Below, piece after piece: positions 48,316 through 61,820 of a stretch of DNA of 64,000 nt; position 1 is the first letter of the stretch, and each line of letters begins with the position of its first letter. The position numbers and the translations under genes were made by a program. Origin of the DNA: Euglena gracilis (lineage: Eukaryota); assembly GCA_039621445.1 (NCBI GenBank), contig CP154954.1:1860001-1924000 (forward strand). The letters are read 5' to 3'. The notes beneath the pieces are model-generated. The model ran no database searches. It was given only the letters and a program-made list of their open reading frames with translations, and was not told the origin of the DNA.

Positions 48316-49930
48316 ATGAAGATTGTTTTATTATATTATTTTTGTGATTTCAATCCCTTTCATATGAAGTTTGTTTTAATTATATTTTTTAATTTTTTGA
48401 ATTTTTAAGACTTCTTCTTTTAGTTAAAACTTTTTTAAAAAATTTTTTCTGTAAACATGTTTATTTCGGGCATTTTTCTGTTGATTTTAAAAATTAAACA
48501 TTCTTTTAACAATAAAAATTTTTTCGGATTTTTTATAAATATAAATATTTTGATTAAATACTTCCTAAGAAAATTTTAACTTTTAAAAATTGCTAATGTT
48601 TTGCGATTTAAATAATTTTCATTTAAAAGTTCAGATGTAGAAACTTTAATTCAAATTTATTGCTATTTATAAGAATATTTAAAAATATTTTATTATTTTT
48701 AAGAAGTTGGGCAACACTTTTATTGGTCAATTTTAGGTTTTCAAATTCACGGGCAAGTATTAATTAATTCTTGGATTGTTATATTAATAATAGGTTTTTT
48801 AAGTATTTATACTACAAAAAATCTTACTTTAGTACCAGCAAACAAACAAATTTTTATAGAACTTGTCACAGAATTTATAACAGACATTTCAAAAACTCAA
48901 ATAGGTGAAAAAGAATATTCAAAATGGGTTCCTTATATTGGAACTATGTTTTTATTTATCTTTGTGTCAAATTGGTCAGGGGCACTAATTCCTTGGAAAA
49001 TTATTGAACTTCCAAATGGAGAGTTGGGAGCACCTACAAATGATATGTGCGTTTTGAATTTATCATAAAAAGTTTATTCAAAATGGTTTATAAAGCAATG
49101 GAATTAATAAAGTAATTTTATTTGTCTGAAACTCTAAAATTTGGTTAATTTATTAAATATTTGCAATAAAATATCCTTTTTTTTTTTAACATTTATAGTT
49201 GATAAAGATTTCTGATAAAACAAATATGTATTTATTAATTTTATTATTTATTTATAGATAAGACTCAACATTTATTAAAGTGTAGTTGTTAGATCTTTTT
49301 TTTATAATTGTAAGTTATATACGTTTTGTAATGTAGGTATAAATTTTAAGAGGATGTTTTCTATCTATTTAATACTACGGCAGGACTTGCTATATTGACA
49401 TCTTTAGCGTATTTTTATGCTGGACTTAACAAAAAAGGTTTTGTCGTATATTTTATTAAAGAATTTTAAATTTACTAAGCTTACTTTAATTTATATAAAT
49501 TTTATAGTTTTTTTATTAATTACTTAATAAAGAATTTAAATTCTATTAAACTTAACATATTTTAAAAAATATGTTCAACCTACTCCAATTTTATTGCCCA
49601 TTAATATTTTGGAGGATTTTACTAAACCTCTTTCCTTAAGTTTCAGACTTTTTGGTAATATTTTAGCAGATGAATTAGTAGTAGCGGTATTGGTTTCTTT
49701 GGTACCGCTAATTGTTCCTGTTCCTTTAATTTTTTTAGGTTTATTTACTAGTGGTATTCAAGCTTTAATTTTTGCAACTTTGTCTGGATCAACGCGATTT
49801 CCCATTTATTAAAATTTGTATTTTTTATAATGACAATTATAGAACTAATTAATACTATTATTTTTTTTAGTTTATGAAGGATTATTTTTATCTAAATTAT
49901 ATCGGTGAAGCAATGGAAGGTCATCATTAA
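48316..49930 (+). CDS. atpI: ATP synthase CF0 subunit IV (a), multi-intron; first exons approximate
   Basis: [61 protein letters not shown]. Confidence 0.95.
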
Positions 49931-50044
49931 TAGTAAGTGATATTAAGTAACATTTTATTACCCAAGTATTAATTTTTAATATTCAATCCTTTATTCTTTA
50001 ATTTAATTAAATTAAAAGTTCAAAATTTAACTTTTAAGCAATAA

Positions 50045-50308
<264 letters not shown>

Positions 50309-50423
50309 TTTTAATATTAGATTTTTAATAAAAAAATTTTAAAATTTAATCGAGAGTATAATACTGTATAGTTTATATTTTGAGGTTTCCTAAAATGAAA
50401 GCAACTATTGTGTAAAAAATATC

Positions 50424-52581
50424 GTGGTGTGTGAAACGTTAATGACAATAAATTACTTTTCTAAAATTTTTAGTTAAATTTGGCTGTTTGGCTATTAATC
50501 TTATTTTAATAATTTTACATGAAAAAGATTACATTGCGAAAAAATTTTAATCTATTTTTACAAATATTATTCATTTTTCAATTAGAATAAATATATTTGC
50601 CGGAATAACGGTAGATTAAGTTTATACATGTTATTTCAAAGGTTAGATTTATTTAAATTATAATTTACAAATATATTAATAATAAATTGTAGTTAAAATA
50701 TACTAAATTTTTATAATAAAAATTTTTTTTAATATCATGTTTTAAAAATTTTAAACACTTCTATTATAATTTGAACATAATATTAAACCTAATGATTAAA
50801 AAACATTAAAATTAAGATACGTTGTTATATGAAATATAAAAATATTTATTAAAGTTGGAATTTCGTATTATTGTTTTTCTTATTAAACTTGAAAGATAAT
50901 TCTAGAACTATTTTAAAAAATATTTTAATTTAATAGGTAAAGTGTTGTTTTTAAATTTTTAAAACGCTGTATGATCTGAAAAGTTCAAATACGGTGTATT
51001 TGGGGATATCGAGAATTTTCTCATTATATATCTATCTAAATAATTGATAATTTTAATATTTTCACTATCATTTCTAACGCTAAGACTTTCGGTATAAATA
51101 CAAATGTTTTTGAAACGAATATTATAAATTTAGCGATAGTAGTTGGAACCCTGTTTTATTATGGAAAGTTAACTTTTTAGTCATTATTTTTAATTTTAAT
51201 TTTACAAATTCAGTAAAATTAATATAAATTATATTTTAAAAAATAATTTTATATAAAAGCTTTTATGTAATTTTGTTGTGATAACAGTTATAATTATTAT
51301 AAGTTAAATTTTTTATAAGTAAGAATCATTTATTTTTTAATACAACGGTAATGTTAAAAACATTAAAATATTTATCATTAATTTTAAACTTAAAAATTAT
51401 AGAAATTCTTTAAAGATAGAAGATCAATTTCCGATAATTTTGAAATAGATATTAATGAATATTATATAGATTTAAGACGTATGCAAAAAATTTTGCTCAT
51501 ACCTTTTTGAAAGGAAAATTTTATTTTTATCTAATTTAAGTGATTTACTAAAAACGCGAAAAAAAACTATAATTAAAAATATTTTAGATATTGATGAAAA
51601 GATCCGTTCTTCGCAAAGTTCTTTATATCTTGCTGAACTTGAATTTGAAAATGCAGCTAAAAAAGCTTCTTTAATTCGTTCTAATGGTACAACATTTTGT
51701 GTGATTCGTCTATTTAAAATTATATTTATTTTTATGGGAATAGAGGAAATTTCTAAAATTAGTATTTTACTAAATATTTTTAAAAGAATAATTTATCTCT
51801 TATCATGAAAATTATAGAAATATTATAAGCAAGAGAAAAATAAGATTATAAACTTTTCATTGTTAATTTTTTATTTCACATTTTATAAAATAGATAATCA
51901 AAATGTTTCTTCAATCACCGTTAAGTATAATTTTGCTTATCAAGTTAGGTTATATTATGTTATTGAGAAGAAATTAATATAACTATAAGAAAATAATATA
52001 AAAATTTGTAATAAAACAACTTTATATTATGTTAACTATCTTAAAACTTTTGGTGAACAATCATATTTATTAGTAATATATTATCAGTAAAAATAACGAA
52101 GTAATAAAAATTATTATAAAAGGACGATTCTTATAGGTAAATTTTTTGCTAAAAAAGCTGGTTTATAAAAAATACTAATTTACAAACGCAATTTCAATTT
52201 ATAAAATTTGTTTCAAATTATTTTCAAACTTATAATAAAACAAATAAAATACAATTTTAATTGAATAGCCATATGATTGGAAATAAATCGTGTATGGTTT
52301 CGGATAAGAGTATTAAAAAACTACTTTATCGCCTTAAAAGTTTTGATATAATTCGTTCTTCCGTTAATGAAGATATTAAACGTTTAAAGCAATCAAAGCG
52401 TTTAATATTAAGAACGGAAGATAAAAAATCTGTTAGAGAAATTTTTAAAAATTTATATTCACAAGCCTGTCAAAAAGCTAAAGCGACTATTATTAAACGT
52501 CTAAATTCAAAAATTCATAAAAAAATTATTCTGAAAAAAATGGAAAAAATGTCGCTTAAGAAATTAAAACCTAAATACTAA
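50424..52581 (+). CDS. atpF: ATP synthase CF0 subunit I (b), three group II introns; start approximate
   Basis: Exon FGINTNVFETNIINLAIVVG at ~51087, exon LSDLLKTRKK at ~51537, last exon from ~52333. Lies between atpH and atpA. Confidence 0.9.
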
Positions 52582-52685
52582 GAAAAAACTAAATACATAT
52601 ATGTATTGTTTATGTTGAAAATTTTGACTTATTAATTTTGTATTTATATGTTTAGCATTGTCTATATATGCCCCAGGCCCAAGCT

Positions 52686-55359
52686 ATGATCAGAGTTCGC
52701 CCGAATGAAGTTACTAGGATAATTCGTCAACAGGTAAAGAAATATCGTCAAGAATTAAAAATTGTTAACGTAGGAACTGTGCTTCAAGTAGGGGACGGAA
52801 TAGCTAGGATTTATGGGCTTGAAAAAGTGATGGCGGGCGAACTTGTAGAATTTGATGAAGGTACTATTGGAATTGCTTTGAATTTAGAGGCTGACAATGT
52901 TGGAGCCGTTTTAATGGGCGAAGCTACTAATTTAAAAGAAGGTGCTTCAGTTAAAACAACAGGAAAGATTGCTCAAATTCCTGTAGGTAGAGGTTTTTTA
53001 GGTCGAGTTGTTGATGCCTTGGCACGTCCTATAGATGGAAAAGGGGATATTGCATCATTTACAACACGATTAATAGAGTCTCCTGCTCCAGGTATTGTTT
53101 CAAGACGTTCAGTTCATGAACCTTTGCAAACAGGATTAATTGCGATAGATGCAATGATTCCAATAGGAAGAGGACAACGCGAACTTATTATTGGTGATCG
53201 CCAAACAGGCAAAACAGCTGTTGCTACAGATACGATTTTAAACCAAAAAGGACAAGGGGTTATTTGTGTTTACGTAGCTATTGGACAGAAAGCGTCTTCT
53301 GTTTCACAAATAGTAACTACGTTAGAAAAACGTGGGGCTATGGAATATACAATAATAGTTGCAGAAAATGCGGATTCATCTGCTACACTACAATATTTAG
53401 CTCCTTATACAGGTGCAGCTTTGGCGGAATATTTCAGTGCGGCATGTTGTCTTAAAACAAATTTTATAAAAAACATAATTAAAAATTTTAAATCTCTTTT
53501 TTATTATAAGTAAATTATTAATTTTTATTCTTATAAATTTTTTATTTAAATTGTAATCTTCAATTATATTATACATTAAAGCATGAAGCAAAGTAGTTAT
53601 ATGGAAATAAAAAAGGTTATTTAAAATAGAATTATTGTCTTAAAATTGTTTTATTTGTCTGTAATATTATGCTTAATTTCATTATTGAATTATGAAATTA
53701 TTTAATAATTTTTTAACTAAATTATTATAAACAAAAAATCTTTTTATTAAAATAGAAAGAGAAACTTGTTAGGTTATAATTTTTTTCCCATTATATGGAT
53801 TTTAGGTTAACAAAATGCTAAATATAAAATTATAAAAGCGAATTGAATTAATGTTAAAATTTTTAATTAATTAAAAAAATAAACCCAAAATTTGATAACA
53901 TTTGCAATTTCGTAAACAAAATATGACTTTATAATTTGTTTAAAAGAAATTATTCATATGATAGGAGCCGTATGAAGTAAAAGCTTCATGTACGTTTCTG
54001 AAAGGAAATATATTGAGTAATTATTATATTTACCAACGTGTATAATGGAAAACATACGTTAGTTATTTATGATGATCTTTCATTGCGAGTTGTAAAAGTC
54101 TTATTGTTATTTTTTATACTAAAGAATATTTAGATGAAAGATTTATAAACATTAAAAACACAAAATTAAACGAACTAAGCTTTTATTAAAATTTTGTCAA
54201 TAATTGAACTCTTATTTTTTGATTGTAAGTATTATTTAAGTAAAATTTTTTGAACACAAAAAACTAAAAATTTTATAATTTTTTGAAAGATAATATAATC
54301 GTAATTTACTAATGTTTTCTATTTTCTATAAAATTTTAATAATAATTCTTAAAAATAAGGGTATAACAACTAACAAAAATATATTGCTAAAAATAATATT
54401 TTTTATATTTATTCTTTGATATGAAAGTCTTTCAAGATTAGTTAATTTACAAATAAAAGAAAGTACTATTTAAAATTGTTTTTTGGATATTATTACTAGT
54501 AAACCTTGAAGAATTATTATTATTATTAACTAAAAATATTATTATTATAATTATTGATTTGAGCCGTGTGCACTAAAACTTGCATGCACGATTCTTTATG
54601 AAGAAATTGTTATATTTAAATTTTCTATCACGAAAACAAGCACAAGCTTATAGACAAATGTCATTATTACTACGTCGTCCACCTGGACGCGAAGCATATC
54701 CGGGAGATGTATTCTATTTACATTCAAGATTATTAGAACGAGCAGCTAAATTAAGTGATGAATTAGGACAAGGAAGTATGACAGCTTTACCAATTGTAGA
54801 AACTCAAGCAGGAGATGTTTCAGCATACATACCTACAAATGTTATTTCTATTACGGACGGACAAGTCTTTTTATCAGCCGACATATTTAATTCGGGGATT
54901 CGTCCAGCTATTAATGTAGGTATTTCCGTGTCAAGAGTTGGATCTGCTGCGCAGATAAAAGCTATGAAACAAGTAGCAGGAAAACTTAAATTAGAACTAG
55001 CTCAATTTGCAGAATTAGAGGCTTTTTCACAATTTGCGTCAGATTTAGATCAAGCTACACAAAATCAATTGGCTCGTGGTGCAAGATTAAGAGAATTATT
55101 AAAACAACCTCAAGCTTCACCATTGTCAGTAGCAGATCAAGTGGCAACAATATATACAGGTATTAATGGATACTTGGACGATATAAATCTTGAAGATGTT
55201 AGGGGATTCCTTATAGAATTACGAGAGCACATCAATAATGAAAAACCCACTTTTAAAGAAATAATAAATAAAACTAAAACTTTTACACAAGAGGCAGAAT
55301 TATTACTTAAATTCACTATTATTGATTTAAAAAAAAATTTCAAAAAAAGAATTAAATAA
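52686..55359 (+). CDS. atpA: ATP synthase CF1 alpha; group II introns ~53437-54038 and 54083-54633; alternative ATG at 52668
   Basis: [42 protein letters not shown]. Introns start gtgcg/ttgcg and have gagccgt domain V motifs. Confidence 0.98.
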
Positions 55360-55544
55360 CTCGATATTAGTTATAATAGTAAAAATATGCCAATAATATC
55401 TATGTATTTGCCCGAATAAATGAAAAACTTTAAAAAATTCAGTAAATAAAAAACAAAATTTTTCCCTTAATAATGGGAACAAATTTAATAAATTTTAACT
55501 AAATTTATATTAAATTTATTTATGTTATAAGATGTTTTAACTTT

Positions 55545-56275
55545 ATGAAATTTGTGATTGTACTTTTAAATAAATTAAAATAAAAATATTATAAAATAAA
55601 ATTATTTTTAATATAAATCTTAACAAAATTTTAGAAAGAATTTTTATCATATACCCAGCACTTATTGATTATAAAAATGTTAATATTCTTAGAAGATTCA
55701 TAAACTTTCAAGGTAAAATAATTCCAAAACGATTAAACAAACCTAAATTAACATATAAACAGCACCGTCTTCTAAGAAAATCTTTTTGATTTTATTTAAA
55801 ATATTAAAAAAATTAAAATGACAATAATATCAATAATCAAACAATAAAAAATTTTTTTGTCTTTCTAAGAAAAAACATATTATGTTTTCACGTTAAAATT
55901 ATTAAAAAATAGTAAAAATAATAGTGACATTAAAACAATAAAATTGAGTATTCCACAAAAATTTTAAAAAAAAATAAATAGGTTTTATAAAATTCTTTAT
56001 ATTTTGAAAAACATTTAGTTATTTTTAATATAAATTTGTAAAATGATTGTTCTTATTTTTTAAAAATTACAAAATTGTAAGATTAAAAATTTTAATTAAA
56101 AATAAAATAATTTAAATTATTTAATTAAAAATTAAAATTATTTTTCTTTAGTAGATTAAAATATACGCATTTTAAAGATTAATATTATGACTACATTTTA
56201 ATAAAAGTATATTCAAAAGTTAAACAAGCACGCTATTTAGGCTTACTTCCTTTTAAAACTAAAGATTTTTTTTAA
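55545..56275 (+). CDS. rps18: Ribosomal protein S18, two introns; start approximate
   Basis: [23 protein letters not shown]...KQHRLLRKS / [18 protein letters not shown]. Confidence 0.9.
55784..56218 (+). other. rps18 intron 2, ~435 nt, complex group III twintron
   Basis: About four times the group III length, starts ttttg, and has no group II domain V. Consistent with the known nested group III twintron. Confidence 0.7.
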
Positions 56276-56303
56276 TATTCTTTAGTTTTAATACTTCAAA
56301 TTT

Positions 56304-56435
<132 letters not shown>

Positions 56436-56530
56436 CTAAATAAAATTTACCTTTCAATTTCATACAAATACGTTCATTAAATCTATAACGATTTTTGTAA
56501 ATTTATTATAAATAATAAAGAAAACCTTAT

Positions 56531-56604
56531 CGGGATGTAGCGCAGTTTGGTAGCGCATTGCATTTGGGATGCAAGGGTCGCAGGTTCGAATCCTGTCATC
56601 CCGA
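56531..56604 (+). tRNA. trnP: tRNA-Pro(UGG)
   Basis: cgggatgtagcgcagtttggtagcgcattgcattTGGgatgcaa...ggttcgaatcctgtcatcccga. Confidence 0.97.
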
Positions 56605-56614
56605 AAAACAGAAA

Positions 56615-56699
56615 GGAGAGGTGTCTGAGTGGTTTAAAGTACTGGTCTTGAAAACCAGCGTAGTTTTTGCTACCGAGGGTTCGAATCCCTCCTTCTCCG
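56615..56699 (+). tRNA. trnS: tRNA-Ser(UGA)
   Basis: ggagaggtgtctgagtgg...ctTGAaaaccag, long variable arm, ggttcgaatccc. Confidence 0.97.
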
Positions 56700-56812
56700 A
56701 ATTAAAATGAAAATTAAAATAAATTTGACGTTTTTAATACAAATCACAATATTTTATTATAAATAATATAAAATTATTTTGATCTTAATTTAAATTTAAA
56801 TATTAAAAAAAT

Positions 56813-57583
56813 TTATGCATTAGTTAAAGTAACTAAATTAGAAGATTGCAATGCTTTGATAAATGCATTGAAAGGTGTAACACTTCCATCTGTAGTCAGA
56901 TCAAAAATCATATAATTATCAAAAAATTCATCTTTTTCTATAATTAAATTTAATCTTTTAATAGGCTTTTGAAAACTGGCTTTTTTTGCTTCTATTTTTA
57001 ATAAAATTTTTAAAGTAATATTAAAGGAAATTTTAGTAAACAATAATTCTCGTGAATTTAGTATGTTTAAATGAGGAGGAAATATTATATCTCCTGATAA
57101 AAAATCTTTCACTTCAAAAGCATTTAAAACAGCAAAAAATTTATTACCTTGGTAGGATTTTGAACATAATTTAAAACGTAGAAGTTTGAATTTTTTAGTT
57201 ATTTCGAGTAAACTTTGTTTTAACTCTTCTAAACCTAAAAAGTTGTGAACAACATGAAAAGTACTAGTATTTTTTAAATTATTTGTGACAAAGAACATAA
57301 CATTTGTAATGTTCCAACTCTCAAAAAAATAGATCTTAATCTTTCAATTATAACGAATATTTATATAAATTTTTTATTAGGAAAAATTTATTTCTTTTAT
57401 TAACAATCTTAAAATATTGTAAATTTAATTAAATTATCTAAACAAATCTAGTAATAAATACCTTCTAATTTCAGTAACAAAAAAGTTTTTATCAAAAAAT
57501 TGTAGATTTTTTACTTTAAAAAAAGCCAAATTACCATCTTTTAATAGCCTACTTCTTAAAACATATATTTTTAAATATTTCAT
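56813..57583 (-). CDS. rpoA: Highly divergent RNA polymerase alpha subunit, probably with one intron
   Basis: EIRRYLL in the 5' exon; GDIIFP..LNILN and MIFDLTTDGSVTP resemble alpha-NTD motifs. Position between trnS and psbZ. Confidence 0.75.
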
Positions 57584-57748
57584 AAAAGATTCATAATAAA
57601 TAATTACGTTCTATAAAAAAAGAAAAAAAATAATTTTTGTTAAAATTAATAAGGATTTATTGTTAAACAAAACATAATTTTTTAAATTAATTTAAACTAT
57701 ATTCTTAGATCAAAATTAATAAAAAATAAAAAAAAGAAAAAATATGAA

Positions 57749-57946
57749 TTATAAGAAAATACCATCCAATATTCCTATTAAAAAAACTAAAAAAAACCAG
57801 AAGCGACACGCCAACCAAATACGAGATTTGTTATTTTCCCATCCTTTAGGAGAAGCAAAAATAACTGGCAGCGTAAGAACCAATATAAAAGAGAAAATAA
57901 TTAGAGCTAAAACTAAAGCTTGAAACGTAAATGTAAATAAAAGCAT
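57749..57946 (-). CDS. psbZ: Photosystem II PsbZ (ycf9)
   Basis: FQALVLALIIFSFILVLTLPVIFASPKGWENNK. Confidence 0.95.
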   Translation of the reverse strand: MLLFTFTFQALVLALIIFSFILVLTLPVIFASPKGWENNKSRIWLACRFWFFLVFLIGILDGIFL

Positions 57947-58135
57947 AATAACTAAAAGTTAAACATTTTACACTTAAACCAAATATAAAAAACTAAAATA
58001 TATACTAAATCACTTTTATAAAAAAGAATTGTACTTCTTTTATACAATTTTTAAAAATAATTAAAAAAATCAATAAAGAAAACAACTAATAATTATAGAA
58101 TAAATAAAAATATTATTTAAAGGTTATGTATAAAC

Positions 58136-58635
58136 TTATTTAATAATTATTGAAGCTCCTGCTTCTTCTAGAAGTTTTTTAGTTTCTTCTGCTACTTCTT
58201 TTGATACAGCCTCACATACAACCTTTGGAACAGATTCAATAAGATCTTTAGCTTCTTTAAGACCTAATGTTGTTAAACTACGGACAGTTTTAATAACATT
58301 AATTCTTTTTGCACTTGGAACTTCTTGGATGATAACATCAAATTCAGTTTTTTCCTCCACTACAGTTTCATCCGCTTTTGAAGGTAAAATTGATGGATTC
58401 GTATTACTAGCTGACAAAGCAATAGTAGCATCAACACCGAAGGTATTTTCAAAAAAGTAATAATATTCTAAATCATAAAAAATAAAAAATATTATTTTAT
58501 GTAAAATATAATAATAAAAGCTAAAAAAAATAAAATTTTTTTACAAAACCCCAAAATTTGTTTAACTAGCTCGTAAGCTTCTAGTAAAGTAATTTTTTTA
58601 AGTCTTTCTAAAATTTCATCTGTTTCTGTTGACAT
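58136..58635 (-). CDS. rpl12: Ribosomal protein L12, group III intron ~58452-58555
   Basis: [27 protein letters not shown] / ENTFGVDA...[22 protein letters not shown]. Confidence 0.95.
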
Positions 58636-58733
58636 AATAAAAATAATTCTTCAATAATAAAAAAAATAAAATTTTTCTACAAAAATTTTTACATATACCT
58701 ATTAAGAAGTTATTCTTAAAAAATAAGAAGATT

Positions 58734-60429
58734 CTATCTTTTTGAGAATTGTGGCGCTTTGCGCGCTTTTTTCAAACCGTATTAATAAACTAGAAAAAAG
58801 TTCTGTTACAAAACTAAACATCTTTTATTTCATTAAAAAATGTAAGATTAAGCTTTTGAAATAGATGATACTATTTTCTTTTTTTTAATTAATAATCTAT
58901 TGTTAGAGATTGTAACGATTATACAAAACTATACTTTCCCTATTATTAAAATAAAATTGTTTTTAAAATTAAAAAGAAATTATATAATATAAACAACTAT
59001 TTTTTATAAAATGAATAATAATTAATGAAAAATTACATATTTGAATTAACTTTATAGTAAATAGTGTTACAAAGTTAATACAAAAAAATAATAGGACTTA
59101 AATATACAAACTTCTTCTTTCTTTACACAAAGAATTTCGTGTTAAAAAACCGTTCACTTTCAGTTTTTTTTGTCTTCCTTTTCTATAAAAACGCTTAATG
59201 ATTTTGATATAGCAAGTTTTTTTACATAAAATAAAATTTCTACAATATAAAACAAAAATATAATCTTTAATTTTTTTAAATTTTTGGTATTACTCGGTCA
59301 TAACGCTTAAAAATCATAAAATGGCATCTGCTTGACCAGAAAGGCCTCCTCCTTTTACATAAGCATGAACTTTATAATTATTAATGTTAAGAAGTTCGAA
59401 CGGACTACAATAGAATAAAAATATAACTTTCTAATTTTTAAAACAAAAAAAATGTTTTGCAATAGAACAAAATACCGTAATTAAAAAATACAAATAAAAC
59501 ACAAATACAACTTTCAACGTTATTTAGATTGTAAATACTTGAAAAAATATATAAAAAAATAGTTTATTAAACAAACAAAAATTAAAAATAACATTTTAAA
59601 AATTCTTTTTCTCAACGAAGGTTATTAGTTGATAGAAAATAAAATTGATAAATTATTTCCCTCAAAAGAACTGGACAAACATCAATAAATGTATCCAGCT
59701 CATAAAAAGTTTATTAAAATAAAATAGAATAACTTTCATAAATACTTCCTTAATTAAAATTTTATGAACAATAAAGATAATTTATAACAATGTTTAATAA
59801 TCTATCATTTACTTTTTTATATTTGTATATCATAATTTAAAGAAAGTCTTTCGAATAAAATATAAAAATTATAAAAAAATTTAGTTCTTACGTCTAAGGT
59901 AAATTTGAATATTTTGATTTCAAATTAAAAAGAATTTCTATCCAAGAAGTATATTAGTATATTAATATGTGCAACTATATTAATATCGATTTAACTTTAT
60001 TAAAAATTTCAACTGTTATCTTAAACTTAATTTAAATTCAATTATTAACTCGAAATTTATCATCTTTAGGATTAAATTAAAAAATAATAAATCTATTAAA
60101 TGCTTAAAAATTATTAAATAAAAATCAATAATAAAATTTAAATAAACGAGATTATTTTTTTTCCCTTAACTTGGAAATGTTAAATAAAGACTTTTAGAAC
60201 TCGCAACTGCAAATAGTTAAAAGCTTTTTCTCCATTAATCAAAATTTCACCACCACCATCTTTAGGAAGGAAGAGAATTATTTTGGCAATAGAAGATTTT
60301 CTAGTTAAATAAAAAATTTTTAAAAAAATTAAAAAAAATTATATGATTCATAATAAATCTAAAATAAATATAAAAAATTTTTTAAGAAATCCATAACTTA
60401 CCTATTACTTCAATAGAATTTAATTTCAT
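58734..60429 (-). CDS. rps9: Ribosomal protein S9, multi-intron
   Basis: GK/RKSSIAK, VKGGGLSGQADA, LTRNSLCKERR, YGLKKARKAPQFSKR*. Confidence 0.9.
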
Positions 60430-60540
60430 AAAAATAACTAAAAATAAATTTAACAATAAACAAAATTCTATATTAAAAAATTTTTTTAATAAAATATAAA
60501 TATGTCCTTTGAAATTTCCTATCTCAAAGAAAAACCTTAT

Positions 60541-61496
<956 letters not shown>

Positions 61497-61530
61497 AAAA
61501 ATAATTACAATTTTACATATTATCACAGCA

Positions 61531-61694
61531 CTATTGTGGTAATTTGTCTCCAAAAGAAAAATTAACATTAGTATTCGCTTCAAAAGATTTTCCTAAAGAA
61601 AGAGCAAAAAGAACTTTTTTAAGCACCTTTTTTTCCAGTTACTTTTCCTTGAGTTTCTACGAGATTTGGACATTTTCTTTTTTGGAACCGCCAT
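61531..61694 (-). CDS. rpl32: Ribosomal protein L32, with an apparent 1-nt homopolymer deletion
   Basis: MAVPKKKMSKSRRNSRKSNWKK. The span to the expected stop is 164 nt; adding one A at 61628-61634 restores ...SLGKSF...LPQ*. Confidence 0.85.
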
Positions 61695-61820
61695 AAAAAA
61701 ATAAAAGATCTTTTTGAACTTAAAAATTTAAACATTATTCTAAAAATTATAAAATTTAACGTATTTAAAAAATACTAAAAAATATTCAAAAAAATTTGAG
61801 ATAAAACGAAATTATTTTAA

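Noticed and set aside
53437-54633. Intron-encoded maturase in the atpA group II introns
   Set aside because: The introns are only ~550-600 nt, with no long ORF or RT/X motifs.
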